Origin: the human T2T-CHM13v2.0 reference genome, Homo sapiens
DNA length: 64,000 nt
NCBI RefSeq assembly: GCF_009914755.1
Contig: NC_060926.1
Direction: 5' to 3' (one strand)
In this document: positions 29,701 through 52,250 of the stretch, piece after piece
Numbering within the stretch: the first letter of the stretch is position 1
Layout: each line of letters opens with the position of its first letter
The notes under the pieces: model-generated
What the model saw: only the letters and a program-made list of their open reading frames with translations
Told to the model about the DNA's origin: nothing
Databases searched by the model: none
Position numbers and translations under genes: made by a program

Positions 29701-32700
29701 TTTATTAATATATTAAATACATATTTATTAATACATTAACATACAGGAAAAGACTTTTAGGTGTGGGAGGTAGCATGTGTTAATAGGGCTGAGGCATTTT
29801 TGTTAGACTGGTTATTTTATGACTACTGTGTGACTCTTGACAGATACCTGATCAAGGCCATTATTGTAATAATGGGACACAGTGATCCGTAGCATAATGG
29901 AAGGGGATACATAATACTTGAGAAAAACCTTCATAAGCAGAATCAGAGAAAAACTTTTGGACATTGTACTGCTTTTAGGAGTTCACAGCTTTCCAAATTT
30001 GATAAACTAAAAATCCAAGCTCTACCTGGTAGGCAGCTTGTGGTTGTGGTCAGAGAAAGCTTTAATCATAAGTAGGGTAATTGGTAGAACTCCTTTCCTC
30101 CTAATGTTCTCTTAAACTGCCTGAAGTTTTTCAATTTACTTTTTCATAGTACCCCAAATTCTACTAGAGATAAGTTTGTGGGAAGAGTGCCAAATAGAAG
30201 GTACAGTACAAGTAGAAGGCAAGGAGGTAGCATATGTATCTGGAAAACAGTAAATAAATCAGTGTATGTAACTGAAAAATATACCGTCAGCCACACTGCT
30301 CTCCAAAACTGTATTTCCAGCGTTCTCCTGGACCTTCTGGGCACTTCTAATTGCTTATTATTATTATTTTCAGAAAGTGTCTCACTCTGATGCAGTGGCG
30401 CGATCTCCGCTCACCACAACCTTCACCTCCCCAGGCTCAGGCAATTCTCCTACCTCAGTTTCCGAGTAGCTGGGATTACAGGTGTGCACCACTACCGCCC
30501 GGCTAAATCTTTTTTTGTATTTTTAGTAAAGACGAGGTTTCACCGTGTTGGCCAGGCTGGTCTGCTTATTCTTTTTTAAAAATATTTTTTGTAGAGACGG
30601 GGTGTCAATATGTTACCCAGGCTGGTCTTGAACTCCTCGCCTCAAGCAATCCTGCCCTGGCCTCCCAAAGTGCTGGAAGCCACCACAACCAGCCAGACAG
30701 CTCATTTTTCAAAACCAACTAATCTTGGTGTGCTTCCTTGACCACCCCCCACCACCACCCCGCCCACTCCCAATCCCCTGAAAGAAAAACAGTAAAATGT
30801 TTGTTCTTCATCAGTATTATAATTGCCTCCCTTCCCAGTTATTAGGTAAATCCTTTCTGACTTGAAGTATGTATTGAATCTGACTTTTATCCATTTCCAC
30901 GACTTTGGGTCCTCATCCTTGGAGCCATGTCTCTTCCCGTAATGATCCTAATACTAATTTAGTTTGAGGGGATTTTTTTCTAGCTTATTTCCTCCTTCCC
31001 CAGTTTTTCAATTTTACCTAGTCTATTGTTAAACCCATCAGTTTGCTTGTTTGTTGACATTGGGGCTATGTCTTGGTCTGGTTCTGCCATTTTATCTCTT
31101 GGTAATGGGGTGATTTTTTTTCCTTGCATTTTTGTGTATCATACAAGTTTTGACTAAATGCTAAACTAAAAACAGAACAGATTAGAGACTGAGATAAACA
31201 ATATTTATGCATTGATATGGGCATATTCTTCTGTCGGGGCATTAGTATGGTGGGTTGACTTTGTTTTGTCTGTAGTCGAGATGGATATGACCTTTATTAT
31301 TGCTTTATTTACCTTCAGAGTATTCCAGTAGTGGACTGCCGCTGCCTAGTGCTTAGTATGAGGCCAAGAATGTTGGAGCAGTGTCCCGCCCTCCCCCCTC
31401 CAGCCCCAAGATGGAGTCTTGCTCTGTTGCCCAGGCTGGGGTGCAGTGGTGCCATCTCGGCTCACTGCAACCTCCGCCTCCTGGATTCAAGCGATTCTCC
31501 TTCCTCAGCCTCCCAGGGAGCTAGGATTACAGGAACGCAACACCATGCCCCGCTAATTTTTGTATTCTTAGTAGAGATGGGGTTTCACCATGTTGGCCAG
31601 CCTGGTCTTGAACTCATGACCTCGTGATCCTCCTGCCTTGGCCTCCCAAAGTGCTGGGATTACAGGCATGAGCCACTGCACCCAGCCATGGAGGATTTCT
31701 GAAGAGTCTAGGCCAATTATCTTACATAATGTCTTCCATTTTGGGTGTCTCATCCTTATGGTGGTATTTATATTATGGCTATTGTATATTTGTTAAAAAG
31801 TGCTCTTTTTGCAGTTTCCTGTTCCTTGCCTGTATTTTTCAAGCTTCTCTTTATTCAAACACACTAAGCATAGTTTTATAATCTGCCTGAAATGCTTGAT
31901 TTGATGTTTTTGCTACCCTATTTTTTTTCTCTCATCTTGTGTCTCAAAGACCTTGTTTGTAGTATCTTATTTTGCTGTATACTTAGTTATCCCTTGTTCG
32001 TTATACTTGAAAAAATACTTGTAGAAATAATTTGAAAGTTAGCATGAAGGTATATTCCTCTAGCAAGATTTATGTTGGCTTCTGCCATGTTCCTGGTAGA
32101 TTACTAAATTGGGACCACCTTAAACCAAATTCAGGATTTGAACTTCCATTTACCAAGCAGGCAACATTAACCTGGGCTGCAAATCTGCACAAGAGCTGGT
32201 TTACTTCTATTAATAGCTTAACTCTTTCCGCAACCGCTCAAGACAGAGTCTTGCTCTATTGCTCAGGCTGGGGTACAGTGGCATGATCTCGGCTCTCTGC
32301 AACCTCTGCCTCCCGGATTCAAGCAATTCTCCTGCCTTAGTCTCCGGATTAGCTGAGATTACAGGCGCGAGCCACCACACACGGCTATTTTTTTTTTTTT
32401 TTCTGTATTTTTAGTAGAGGCGGTTTCGCCATGTTGGCCAGGCTGGTCTTGAACTCCTGACTTTGTGATTCACCCTCCTCGGCTTTCCAAGGTGCTGGTA
32501 TTACAGGCATGAGCCACCACACTGGGCCTAATACCTTAACTCTTAATCTGAGGTTGTGGTCTTTTGGAGTCCACCTTATTGTGAGGAGGTGGCCTGTTAA
32601 GATTCCTTACCTTGTTTATGTCCTGGATATCTTCAGAGTTTCTTAGGATGCCCAGAGGAATGGAGTCACTCATTTAAAAAAGCAGTTCATTTTTTTCATA

Positions 32701-33800
32701 GCTAAAGCAAGCCCACAGGTTTGTGAGATATAGACAGACTACATAAATTGTTGAATTGGTATGAATACAGGTTTTTTACTCTTGTTGCTGTGTCAGCCAC
32801 TATTAAAATGCCTTAAGGTGAAGACATACTTAACAGAGTAAAAGTATGTCTTATTAGGTAAACTAGCAGCTGCATTATCAGCTTCAGAGAATCTTCATCC
32901 AGAAACTTCATCTCAGAAGTCAAAAAGTTCAATAAGTGAAAAATCTCAAATACCAATCGTACGATTTTTGTCTGTGTGTGTGTGGCTTTGTAGCTAATTA
33001 GATTCCTTACACACTCAATACCAGTTCTGGAGAATAGAAAGTGTAGCCTCTTGTCAGTGCCTCCCCTTCCTCAGTCATAGACTTGTTGATGAGGAACATG
33101 AGGATAAAATTCTAGTGGATCTATCATGACTGGGACTTCAGTGAGGCATACTTCACTGCCCTATCTGACTCCACTTATAAAACACAAATTCAAAGATAGA
33201 ATTTCAGGATGTCAGTTGCAAAACTTTTAATGAAGCTTGGAGCCCACACCTACAAAATCAGCCCTGGTGATAAGTTTCTTATCACCAAACAGGAAGATAG
33301 CCTAACTGTCCAGCTCTGAAATGAAATCTGAATTTTAAAAAGCATGACATAGTGACAGAAGGAAAAGACCATTTCATTGACCATTGAGGAAAGATTGTAC
33401 ATGTGAACTTTTTTTGCGCTATTTGTTTTTAAGTCTTGGTTTAAAACATTAAGCTTCAAATGCCTCTTTCCAGTAGTCTGCTCTTGCTTATACCTTTTTC
33501 TTTTTTCTTTTTTTGTTTTTGAGACAGTCTTTCTCTGTTGCCCAGGCTGGTGTGCAGTGGCCCAGTGTTAGCTCACTGCAACCTCCACCTCCCGGGCTTC
33601 AAGTGATTCTTGTGCCTCAGCCTCCTGAGTAGCTGGGATCACAGGCGCGTGCCACCACACCTGGCTAATTTTTGTATTTATAGTAGAGAGAGGGTTTCAC
33701 TGTGTTGGCCAGGCTGGTCTCGAACTCCTGGCCTCAAGTGATCCACCTCGGCCTCCCAAAGTGCAGAGATTACAGCTGTAAGCCACCATGCCCAGCCTAT
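26755..33800. mobile_element. Intronic repeats: Alu(-) ~26755-27015, Alu(+) ~27729-28018, MLT1-type LTR(-) ~28230-28690, MIR ~29405-29590, Alu(-) ~30370-30565 and ~30580-30695, Alu(-) ~31409-31687, ~32240-32528, ~33495-33797
   Basis: Consensus matches by eye; boundaries approximate. Confidence 0.8.
27044..27129 (+). other. MARCHF7: MARCHF7 optional 5' UTR exon 3 (86 nt)
   Basis: Acceptor tcttaattttcag| and consensus donor TAG|GTAAGT. Confidence 0.68.
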
Positions 33801-34669
33801 ACCTTTTCCTTTGTAGCACTTAGAACTATTGAAGTTATGTGATTATTTGTGTAGTTTGTTCCATATTAGACTACAATTTCTTTACAGGCACCATCTCAGA
33901 ACGTTTAGTGTTGTCCCCCTACCTCATTCGCTTGTTAAGTATTAATTACTGTGCTTAGTGCATGAGTATCCAAAAAACTTGGTTAAATGAATGAATGGAC
34001 TTGAAAAGATGTCTCTTAGAACCTTCTAAGTGATTCGATAGAAGTTTTTCAAGGACTGCACATTTTTGTTTTTCACTATATTTTGTGCTTTTGACCTACA
34101 ACTTACGCAACCAAATTACATAAGTTTTCATGTAACACCTACATTGTCAAAATTCAATCAATTTATGTAGAGGAGTTGCCAAAAATAGTTCCATACAATA
34201 TCAAATTATCTCTCTCAAAGGACTCTGCCTCTTTGCCTTCTCCCAAGGAGGTTTGTTTTAAGCAGATTTCCTACTAGGTTAGTTTAGTTCTGCAAGTAAG
34301 AACTGGGTGTAAATGTAGTCAGAGTAAACTATAAGAGGTATTATTAGGAAACATTATTGTTGTTATAGAACTTAATATTGACGTATGTCTTTTAAAAAGC
34401 ATTTTGTTTCCCAAAAATCCTCTGATTGCAAATACAGTCCCTTTAGTGTCTTCATAGCTGCCTTGATAAAATACCACATCTGCTACTTGTTAAATTGTTC
34501 ATGGGCTTTTGCATTGTCACTGTTTAACCATTAATATTCTTTTCTCTAATGAATGCCTTTAAAAAATTTCCAGTTCAGAATTTACCTCTTTTTAATGAAA
34601 TATTTTGTATGGACTTACCAAATACGTATATAGTTTGTAAAAAGCCGATGGTAGAAAAGATTTCTAAGT

Positions 34670-34825
34670 TAGGTGACCATATGCTTTATCATCCAAATGA
34701 GGCCACTTTTAAGAGACAGCGTAGGTACTATTAATAATTATTCTTGGATAATAAGCATAAATTAGAATTTTTCAGCACATAAACTGGGACTGTTCTGGGC
34801 AAGTGGGGAAATATGGTCATCCTGC
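34670..34825. mobile_element. hAT-Blackjack MITE (MER94/MER81-like)
   Basis: Imperfect terminal inverted repeats taggtgaccatat ... atatggtcatcct; internal aaactgggactgttctgggcaa. Confidence 0.6.
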
Positions 34826-36055
34826 TTCTAAGGAAAAGAGCAGTCCTTTTCCTTACCCTTTACCCCATCTCTAGTCCCACTTTGCAAAGGCAGTGCCCCT
34901 CTGCTATTTAGCTATTTCTTTTAGGACTTACATACTTTCATTTTTCTAAACAGTGTGCTTATACTGTTATTTCATGGTTTTTCATTGTTTCCTACCATTC
35001 TTATTTCCACTGCCCACTTCCATCTCACAATATGTAGCAAATTGATTCAGTAGTCTATATTTACATTATTAAGACTATGTAAATATTAAAGAGCTCACCT
35101 AATAACAATCATGCCTTTCATGAACAGCTAAGTTTTTCCAAGTTAAAAAATTAATTTTTAAAATTGCCTTTTCTTCTATATACACAGTTTTTTCAAGTTG
35201 TACCACCATCTCTACCACATGCCAATGAGATGTAGTTTCCATGTGATGCTTTTTCTTTTCTTAGAACTTCTGCTACCTGAGGTCCTGCTCCAGTCCGAAT
35301 TGTTTGCTTGCCATGCTTTCTGCATAGCATCCCCCTTAAGTTCCCCTTTATCGCTGCTTCCTGGGTTTCATATCTTGTTATTTCCTGCCTCACACTCCCA
35401 TTTTTCTAGGACACGCTGTTCATTTAGCTTCCTCTGGTAGTGTTTTTGGTCGTTGTGTTTTGTTGAGACCTTGCATGTCTGAAAACATGTTCTGTTCTCC
35501 ACTTCAAATGTACTTGCTAGATTGGAATTCAAGGCTAAACATTTTTCTCAGTATTATAAGCATTATTTCATTGTCTTAAGACTTTATTGTTGCTGTTAAG
35601 CTGTTCTGATTACGTTCTCTTTGTATGTGACCCATTTTTTCCACTCTAGTAACTTATAGGATCTTCCCATTACTTCTGGTTTTCTGCAGTTTCAAGATGG
35701 TATATTGTGCTTAGTGTTGGTCTTTTTTCTTTGATGCTCTTATGTAGTCTTGAGCCCTTTCAATTTGGAGAGTTCTGTCCTTCGTTTCTAGAAAAGTTTA
35801 TTTGGTAATTTTCTCTATATTTTTCTGTAACCACAGTCAAATTATAACTCTCTAGATAATTATTTTCATGTTACATTTGCTATTTCTTTTGGTTCTGCTT
35901 TCCAGGAGGTTTCTGCAACTTACTCCCAGTCCTTATGTTGAATTTATTTCAGTATATCTCATTTTAACAAGTATATGGCATTTTGAATTTCCATAAGCTC
36001 TTTATAATGCTGTCTTTGTATTCTCACACATCCTGTTCTTATTTTATGAATGAAT

Positions 36056-36982
36056 TTTTTTTATACTTTAAGTTCTAGGGTACACGTGCACAACATGCAG
36101 ATTTGTTACATATGTATACATGTGCCATGTTGGTGTGCTGCACCCATTAACTCGTCATTTGCAATAGATATTTCTCTTAATGCCATCCTTCCCCCTCCCC
36201 CTACCCTAAAACAGGCCCCAGTGTGTGATGTTCCCTGCCCTGTGTCCAAGTGTTCTCACTGTTCAGTTCCCACCCATGAGTGAGAACATGCCATGTTTGG
36301 TTTTCTGTCCTTGGCGATAGTTTGCTGAGAATGATGGTTTCCAGCTTCATCTATGTCCCTACAAAGGACATGAACTCATCCTTTTTTATGGCTGCATAGT
36401 ATTCCATGGTGTATATGTGCCACGTTTGCTTTATCCAGTCTATCATTGATGGGCATTTGGGTTGATTCCAAGTCTTTGCTATTGTGAGTAGTGCCACAGT
36501 AAACATACTTGTGCATGTGTCTTTATAGTAGCATGATTTATAATCCTTTGGGTATATACCCAGTAATGGGATGGCTGGGTCAAATGGTATTTCTAGTTCT
36601 AGATCCTTGAGGAATCGCCACACTGTCTTCCAGGATGGTTAAACTAGTTTACAGTCCCACCAACAATGTAAAAGTGTTCCTAATTCTCCACATCCTCTCC
36701 AGCACCTGTTGTTTCCTGACTTTTTAATGATTGCCATTCTAACTGGTGTGAGATGGTGTCTCGTTGTGGTTTTGATTTGCATTTCTCTGATGACCAGTGA
36801 TGATGAGCATTTTTTCATGTGTCTGTTGGCTGCATAAATGTCTTCTTTTGAGAAGTGTCTGTTCATATCCTTCGCCCACTTTTTTATAGGGTTGTTTGAT
36901 TTTTTCTTACGAATTTAAGTTCTTTGTAGATTCTGGATATTAGCTCTTTGTCAGATGGGTAGATTGCAAAAATTTTCTCCCA
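36056..36982 (-). mobile_element. 5'-truncated primate L1PA (3' UTR plus ORF2 C-terminus)
   Basis: Begins ttttttatactttaagttctagggtacacgtgcacaac. ORF2p peptides [32 protein letters not shown] and WRFLKDLELEIPFDPAIPLLGIYPKDYKSC, with premature stops. TSD ATGAATGAAT at 36046-36055 and 36983-36992. Confidence 0.93.
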
Positions 36983-37587
36983 ATGAATGAATGTTATTTG
37001 ATCCCTGTGAGGATAGAAATAAGCCCCTTTCCCCCAAATTTTCCTCTCCCTGCAACATCTTAAAGTTTTGTTTTTATTGTTGTTTACTTTGGTCCTTCTT
37101 TCATATTGGAGGCCTTCCTTGATTACATGGTAGTCCTTGATGTTTGTCAGTTAGAGGGAAGCATTAAAAATTCTGATGAGAAACTCCTGGTGACTAGCAG
37201 CCTTTGTTGTAGGATAGAATGGTCTAGTGGAAGGCTAACCTTTAAAGTGGAAACATTTCAGATGACATTCAGAAATCTTATCACGGGTGTTTGGTGATCC
37301 AAGAGTAGAATCCCTTAGTCTCCTGACAGCATTGTAGAAACATGACCACAAAAGAGTCTGTGGGTCTCAATACTGAGTATATAAATTTTCTTTTATTCCT
37401 TATACTGACCCCATGCCTAAACTCCTGCGGAGATTATTGCATGTCGTGTGTGGGAGATGGGGGGTGGTAGGGACACAAGAGTGTTACCTAGGAAAGATTT
37501 ATTTGCCAGAGAATAAATATCCTACCTTTAGGGGAATGGAACTGGGGAAGAATCTGAAGCTCTACTACTGCTCCAGATACAGGTTTT

Positions 37588-37603
37588 GTTTTGTTTTGTT
37601 TTG

Positions 37604-37634
<31 letters not shown>

Positions 37635-37915
37635 GATACCGAGTCTCGCTCTTGCACCCAGGCCAGAGTGCAGTGGCACGATCTCTGCTCACTGCAAGCT
37701 CCGCCTCCCGGGTTCACGCCATTCTCCTGCGTCAGCCCCCTAAGTAGCTGGGACTACAGGCGCCCGCTACCACGGCCGGCTAATTTTTTGTAATTTTAGT
37801 GGAGACGGGGTTTCACTGTGTTAGCCAGGATGGTCTTGATCTCCTGACCTTGTGATCCGCCTGCCTCAGCCTCCCAAAGTGCTGGGATTACAGGCATGAG
37901 CCACCGCCCCCGGCC
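37588..37915 (-). mobile_element. AluY with (GTTTT)n tail
   Basis: AluY diagnostics (gcaagctccgcctcccgggttcacgccattctcc). TSD AGATACAGGTTTT at 37575-37587 and 37916-37928. Confidence 0.92.
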
Positions 37916-37979
37916 AGATACAGGTTTTAATTTAACAACTTGCTTTCCAGCCACATGCACCATTACCCCCAACCTGTTG

Positions 37980-38615
37980 TTATTTTTTTGTGATAAAATA
38001 CAGAGAACATAAAATTTTACCATCTTAACCATGTTTGTGTACAATTCAGTATTATTGGATATATTCATAATGTTGTGCAAACATCACTATCATCTATCTC
38101 CATAATTCTTTTCATCTTGTAAAACCAAAATTTCATACTCATTAAACAACTCCCCATCCCCTGCCAACCACCAATCTTCTTTCTCTATGATTTGACTATA
38201 ATTATTTTTAATGTATCTTTTCTCTGTTTAGTTATATAAATACTTACCATTGAATTACATTTGTCTACAGTATTCAGTACAGGAACATGCTGTAAAGATT
38301 TGCTGCCTAGAAACAATAGGTTATACTATATAATCCAGGTATTAGACTATACCATCTAGGTTTGTGTATGTACACTATTATTTTTGCACAGTGAAGAAAT
38401 CACCTAAAGACGCATTTCTTAGAATATATTCCTGTTCTTGAGTGATGCATAACTATGCATACAATACAATAATATTCAGCCTTAAAAAAGGAAGGAAATT
38501 CTGGCATATGGTACAATATAGATGAACTTTGAGAACATTAGGGTAAGGGAAATAAATTTGCCAATCACGAAAAGACAAATATTGTATGATTCCACTTATA
38601 TGAGATACAGTCAGA
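37980..38615. mobile_element. L1MB 3' end in two opposite orientations (37980-38200 minus; 38460-38615 plus) with a Tigger3/MER7 fragment between
   Basis: L1MB 3' UTR phrases on each strand; Tigger3 phrase tacagtattcagtacaggaacatgctgtaaag...ataccatctaggtttgtg. Confidence 0.7.
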
Positions 38616-38659
38616 GGCCTTGTAAATCCTTGCCTCAGAATATTTTAAAAGCTTTTTAA

Positions 38660-38952
38660 GGCTGGGCACGGTGGCTCATGCCTGTAATCCCAGCACTTTG
38701 GGAGGCCGAGGCGGGCAGATCACGAAGTCAGGAGATCGAGACCATCCTGGTTAACATGGTGAAACCCCGTCTCTACTAAAAATACAAAAAAATTAGCTGG
38801 GCGTGGTGGCGGGAGCCTGTAGTCCCAGCTCCTTGGGAGGCTGAGGCGGGACAATGGCGTGAACCCAGGAGGTGGAGCTTCCAGTGAGCCGAGATCGTGC
38901 CACTTCACTCTAGCCTGGGCAACAGAGTGAGACTCCGTCTCAGAAAAAAAAA
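38660..38952 (+). mobile_element. AluY
   Basis: gagatcgagaccatcctgg, aatggcgtgaacc. TSD AAAAGCTTTTTAA at 38647-38659 and ~38949-38961. Confidence 0.92.
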
Positions 38953-40376
38953 GCTTTTTAAATTATAGTAGTAACGTGCTTATAGTAGCACTGTTACAAC
39001 TCCCAAGTGGAAACAATCTAGCGTACATTCATGGTAGAATGGGAAAATAAATTGTGTGCCATATGGTGGAATGCTATGTAAAGAAATTAGAGTGAACTGA
39101 AGACTGCATGCAACAACACAGATGAATCTCACAAATATAGTGTTGAGCAAATGAAGTTGGACACAAAAGAGTACTTATTGTATGATTCCGTTTATACGTA
39201 TTTAATAATCAGGCATAGGTAATCATTACTTTCGTCGTGGGTTTAGAAATGTTTAGTGAGGAAAACTTGGAAATTATTAATCTATAAAGTGGAAAGCACT
39301 CAGTTCCACAAAATAACATTTTGTTTTTTTCTTAGAAGTTTTATTCATTTTATTTGCATAAATAGAATCATACTGTATGTGTAGTTTTATAGATTGACCT
39401 TTTTACTTAAAATGTTACTTTCCAATAGTACCATAAACAATCTTTGAAAACATTTTGAGAAACACTTTATTAGCTGTGTGATCATGTGCAAATTGCTTAA
39501 CCTCTCAGTGCCTGTTTTCTTATTTATAAAGTGGAGATAATATAGTACCTGTCTCACAGGGTTGGTCTGGAGAGTCAGTGAACTAACAGATAATCAGAAG
39601 GTCTTTACTGTCAGACCTTGCATATAATACTTAATAAATATCAGCTATTGCTATTATTTTTGTTATAATTAAGAGATCCTATGAGTGGTAAATAAAAAGA
39701 AAGTTCATTCATTCTTACTTGTGTTTATTGAGTACCTATTGTATCCCAGGCAGTGATTTTAAAATACTTTAAATGATTCTGACCTAGAAAATTCATTGTT
39801 GAGATGGGGAAATAGAAAGGTAAACAAATTACAATGCATAGTAGTATCAAAAGTATGTATGAAGTAGAAACATATACAGAGAAGAAAGGTACTTGTGTTT
39901 AAACAGATGACCAAGAATTGGGTGGGGAATGTATAGACTTTCCAGGCACATATAAAGGTTTGTAAGAACATAGTGTGTTAAGGGGTATGCAAATAGTACA
40001 ACAGGTATGATCATTGAACACTAAAAATAGAGAATACCAAGAGAGTCAAGGACAAATTCATGTAGAATATGTAATAGACAAAATTGAGTAAGGAAAAGAG
40101 CCCAGATTTTGGAAACAACAGACCTCAGAGTTCTTCATTCCACTTTTACCATGTTTGTTTGCTTCCTTTTATGGACGATAGGAAACCTTTGATGAACTTC
40201 TGCTTTGCGGAAGAGAAGTGGTGATCATTTCACAATTTACGTTGTCAGATATGGTTAATTTGTATGGTTAATTTTTTATTTGAGCTGATGATTAAGGAGG
40301 ATTAAGCATTAAAGGCTTTCATATTTTCCCAAAGGCAATTAATGAAAATTTTTATTTCACAGAAAAATCTTTAAGA

Positions 40377-40529
40377 ATGGAGTCTAAACCTTCAAGGATT
40401 CCAAGAAGAATTTCTGTTCAACCTTCCAGCTCCTTAAGTGCTAGGATGATGTCTGGAAGCAGAGGAAGTAGTTTAAATGATACCTATCACTCAAGAGACT
40501 CTTCATTTAGATTGGATTCTGAATATCAG
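40377..40529 (+). CDS. MARCHF7: MARCHF7 first coding exon (exon 4, 40363-40529; codons 1-51)
   Basis: Acceptor tttatttcacag| at 40362; 14 nt of UTR; ATG in strong Kozak context (AgaATGG); [51 protein letters not shown]; donor CAG|GTAACA. Confidence 0.97.
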
Positions 40530-40702
40530 GTAACATTTTTATTTGGAATATATGTATACAGCCTTTTTCAAAATCCCTAGGGCCACTCTTTTGGGGGTAT
40601 TTAAAAAATGTGTTAGCTGGATCTGAGGCATCCTGTAATCAAAACCAATATATATGTAGCAAAATGAATAACATTTTTCAAACTTTTTGGACTTCAGAAT
40701 TA

Positions 40703-49240
<8,538 letters not shown>

Positions 49241-50688
49241 TGTCAGCACTTGGAGTGTTGCTTTTCCAGCTAGAAGCCTCTGTGGCTGGTGGTGCCTTTG
49301 CCCAGGTTTTGCTCGGGCCTGCTGGGTGTGTTCTGCCTACTCGGACTGGCAGGCTTTGTTCGACTCGTGCTATCAGCTCGGATCCCACGCCTGCCAAGGG
49401 TGAGCCAGACATGGATCGGCAGTGGGTGCATGGGCAAGTGAGCGCAGGGTCCGGCCACCGTTTACAGCCAGGCACACTGGGTGCAGTGGGGCAGGCAGCT
49501 CTAGGCACTGGTGCCCTATGAGGCTGTGGATGGATCAGGTGTACCACAGGCAGCAGCTTCTGTGGGCACTGAGGAACGCAGTGGCACCCAAAAGCTTGGA
49601 GACACAAGGAACTACAGAGCCCCAAAGAGGTTGTCACAGCCCTGGTTCAGGGAGCTCCTAGGTCTGGACTCCCCAAAGGGTCAGAGCTCTTCCGTCCTTG
49701 TCGCCGGCAGCATGGTGAGTGGGGGGTAGGAAGGGATGTTTCAGCACTGTTTGTGTTACAGCTCTTCGAGTCCAACCATTTGGCGGGTCCCGAGTTCTTG
49801 TCCCACGTCCAGAGAGAATGAGGTACACAGACAGTTGGAGGGTTAGCAAGGCGAAGAGGGGCTTTATTGAGCAGTAGCACAGCTCTCAGGAGACCCAAAG
49901 TGGGTGGCTCCTTTCCACAGGCAGGTCATCCCAACGAGTGTGTAGCTTTCAGTGGAGAGGAGACCAGACAGGAGTGGGTAGCTCCTGTCCATAGGGAAGT
50001 CAGCCTGACATCTGGCTGAGTCAGATTTTCATGGGCTTCAGAGAAGAGGAAGTGCATGCTGATTGGTCCATGGGAGGCAATGGGTGGGCCTGGGATAAGC
50101 ACCATAAGTTCTCACTCCGGTCCGTGGAACTGGCAGCCCAGCCTCCAGGCTTCAGGCCATCCCAGGCTTAAAGGTAGGGTTTCACTAGGGACCTGCCCCT
50201 TTTCACCCAGGAGCATGTCTGCCTCCTGCTACTGTTCATGGCACCCAGGCTGTTTGTGCCAAGGGATGCCTGCAGACCCATGCCAAGCCACCCTCAGTTC
50301 CCCCTTGGCCTCCCTTTGTGCTTGTTGGTGCCCAAAGTCCAGACGGGGGCCAAGGTAGCAGTGGGCTGGTGTGTCGGCACTGCCCCAAGCATGCGCATAC
50401 ACACCTGGATCGTGACAGTGCCCAAGCTTGGCCAAAACTTTGCTCCAAAATCGGAGCAGGAGGCGGGGGCGGGAAGGGAGGCTTCTCAGGCCCCTGAGAG
50501 CACAGGGATACCCAAGTCTACAGCCACAGCTGGGTCAGGGAGCACAGGGCTCCCACCCCACCAACTTGGAAGTGGTCAGGGCTCCCACCTGTTGCTGACT
50601 CTGTGGAGCGCACAGACCCTGCCACGCCTCCCCTGCTGCAGCCGGCGTCTTTGTGGCAGCCGCTCCAGATGAACTGCTGCTGCCATCA
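49241..50688 (-). mobile_element. MER52-family ERV1 solo LTR inserted in an L1M
   Basis: GC-rich 1.45-kb block bounded by TG...CA. Minus strand starts TGATGGCAGCAGCAGTTCATCTGGAGCGGCTGCC (MER52-like). 4-bp TSD CAGC at 49237-49240 and 50689-50692; minus-strand CCAAT (50062-50066) and AATAAA (49863-49868). L1 sequence resumes on the right. Confidence 0.85.
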
Positions 50689-52250
50689 CAGCTGTTAGCA
50701 TCAACCTATAGTTGGAAAAATAGTAATTCCCCCAAATATCAAACATCAAGTTACTACATGATCTATCAGTTACACCCAAGAGTATTGAAAACATACATCC
50801 ATACAAAAATTTACAGTTGTTCATAACGGCATTGTTTATAAGTGAAAACAACCCCAAAACTACTTGTTTAAGGATTCGTCATGCCCAATGTGGTATACTT
50901 TGAAGACAGACTTATTCCCTGATTTCATTTGGCCTATAGTTCTGGACAGCAGAAGAGATAATACATTGTTAAATGAATCTGACACTTTATTTAATTGTTC
51001 AAAGAATTCTGAGGGAAAAAAACAATTGCTTCAGACTGAGGATATTTGAACAAATATGGACAAAATTGGATTGTAGGAACCAGGAAAAGGTTTGATTTTG
51101 AACTCAAGCCAATAGCAAAACTAACCAAAACATTCCTTCTATATACTGACATTATGTATACTGATATGTATATCTATATGCTGATATTAACAAACATTTT
51201 TTGTCTTGGATATAGCCATATAATCTACATGTTGTGTCGTGAGTCATGAAAATTGTTTAATGAACAGTGAGTGTCACTTTAAGTCTTTGGACACTTCAGC
51301 ATTCAAGAATCAAATGAAATTCATTATCTAAATCTGCTCCCCTATAATCAGTATTTTTAATGAATGGCATAGTCATTTATTTCACCAGTAGACAGTACCA
51401 AAAAACTTTTTTCTCTATTTCTCACATTGTCCCTAAATCTGATGAATTTTTATCTTTTATAATTGCCCTCTATTCCCATTACTTCATAGGGACTTATTTC
51501 TTGATATTCTAATGGCTTCCTAATTGGTTTTCTTTCTGTTCATCTATTTCGTCTTCCACATGCCTCTAAAAGTCTTTCTATATAGTAGTAGATCTGATTT
51601 ATCCCCCCCTTCATTAGTTCCCAAAATCATGTTTGCAGAAGTGCTGTTCAGTAAGTTTATGCAGTCTGTGCAAAATGAGAAAAATAATGACAAGTTATGG
51701 AGTTTGTACAAATGTATTCAATTTAAAGTGCTCATTCTGAATTATATCCTTTATTCCTTTTTTAAAAATTGGGGACAGGATTAGGTATTAGTTGCTATTT
51801 TAGATGTCCTACTGGTCAAAAGTGACAGTTCTTTCTCAATTTTAAATTAAAACATTTTTTTATTTTGGTCTCTGAAATCCAGAGGTTTTAGAACCACTGG
51901 CCTGCAGGATAAGGTCCCTGATACCTTGATGATGATGGCATATGAAATGGTTTGATTCTAAAATATCAAATTAATTTCATTTCTTGTGCTAGCTCCAGTT
52001 CATTGATTGGGTGTCTGTAATATTAGGTACAGAAGGCTTGTGAGACTAAGTTTGTGCTAAGCTGAAAAATGCCATTATCAATTTACAAAATATTCTCTAG
52101 GCAAAGGATGGGCGAATTCCTGATGTAGCCCATTCCTACCTTTTCAGCCTCACACCTTCTACTTTATTTTCAAAGTTTCTTTTCCAGTGTTACCATGAAC
52201 TAATACATCCCCTGAATGCAGGCAATATGTTTCTCATAATTGAACCATAT

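Noticed and set aside
36351-36866. L1 ORF2p-like ORFs as an active element
   Set aside because: Only ~0.93 kb, 5'-truncated, with in-frame stops.
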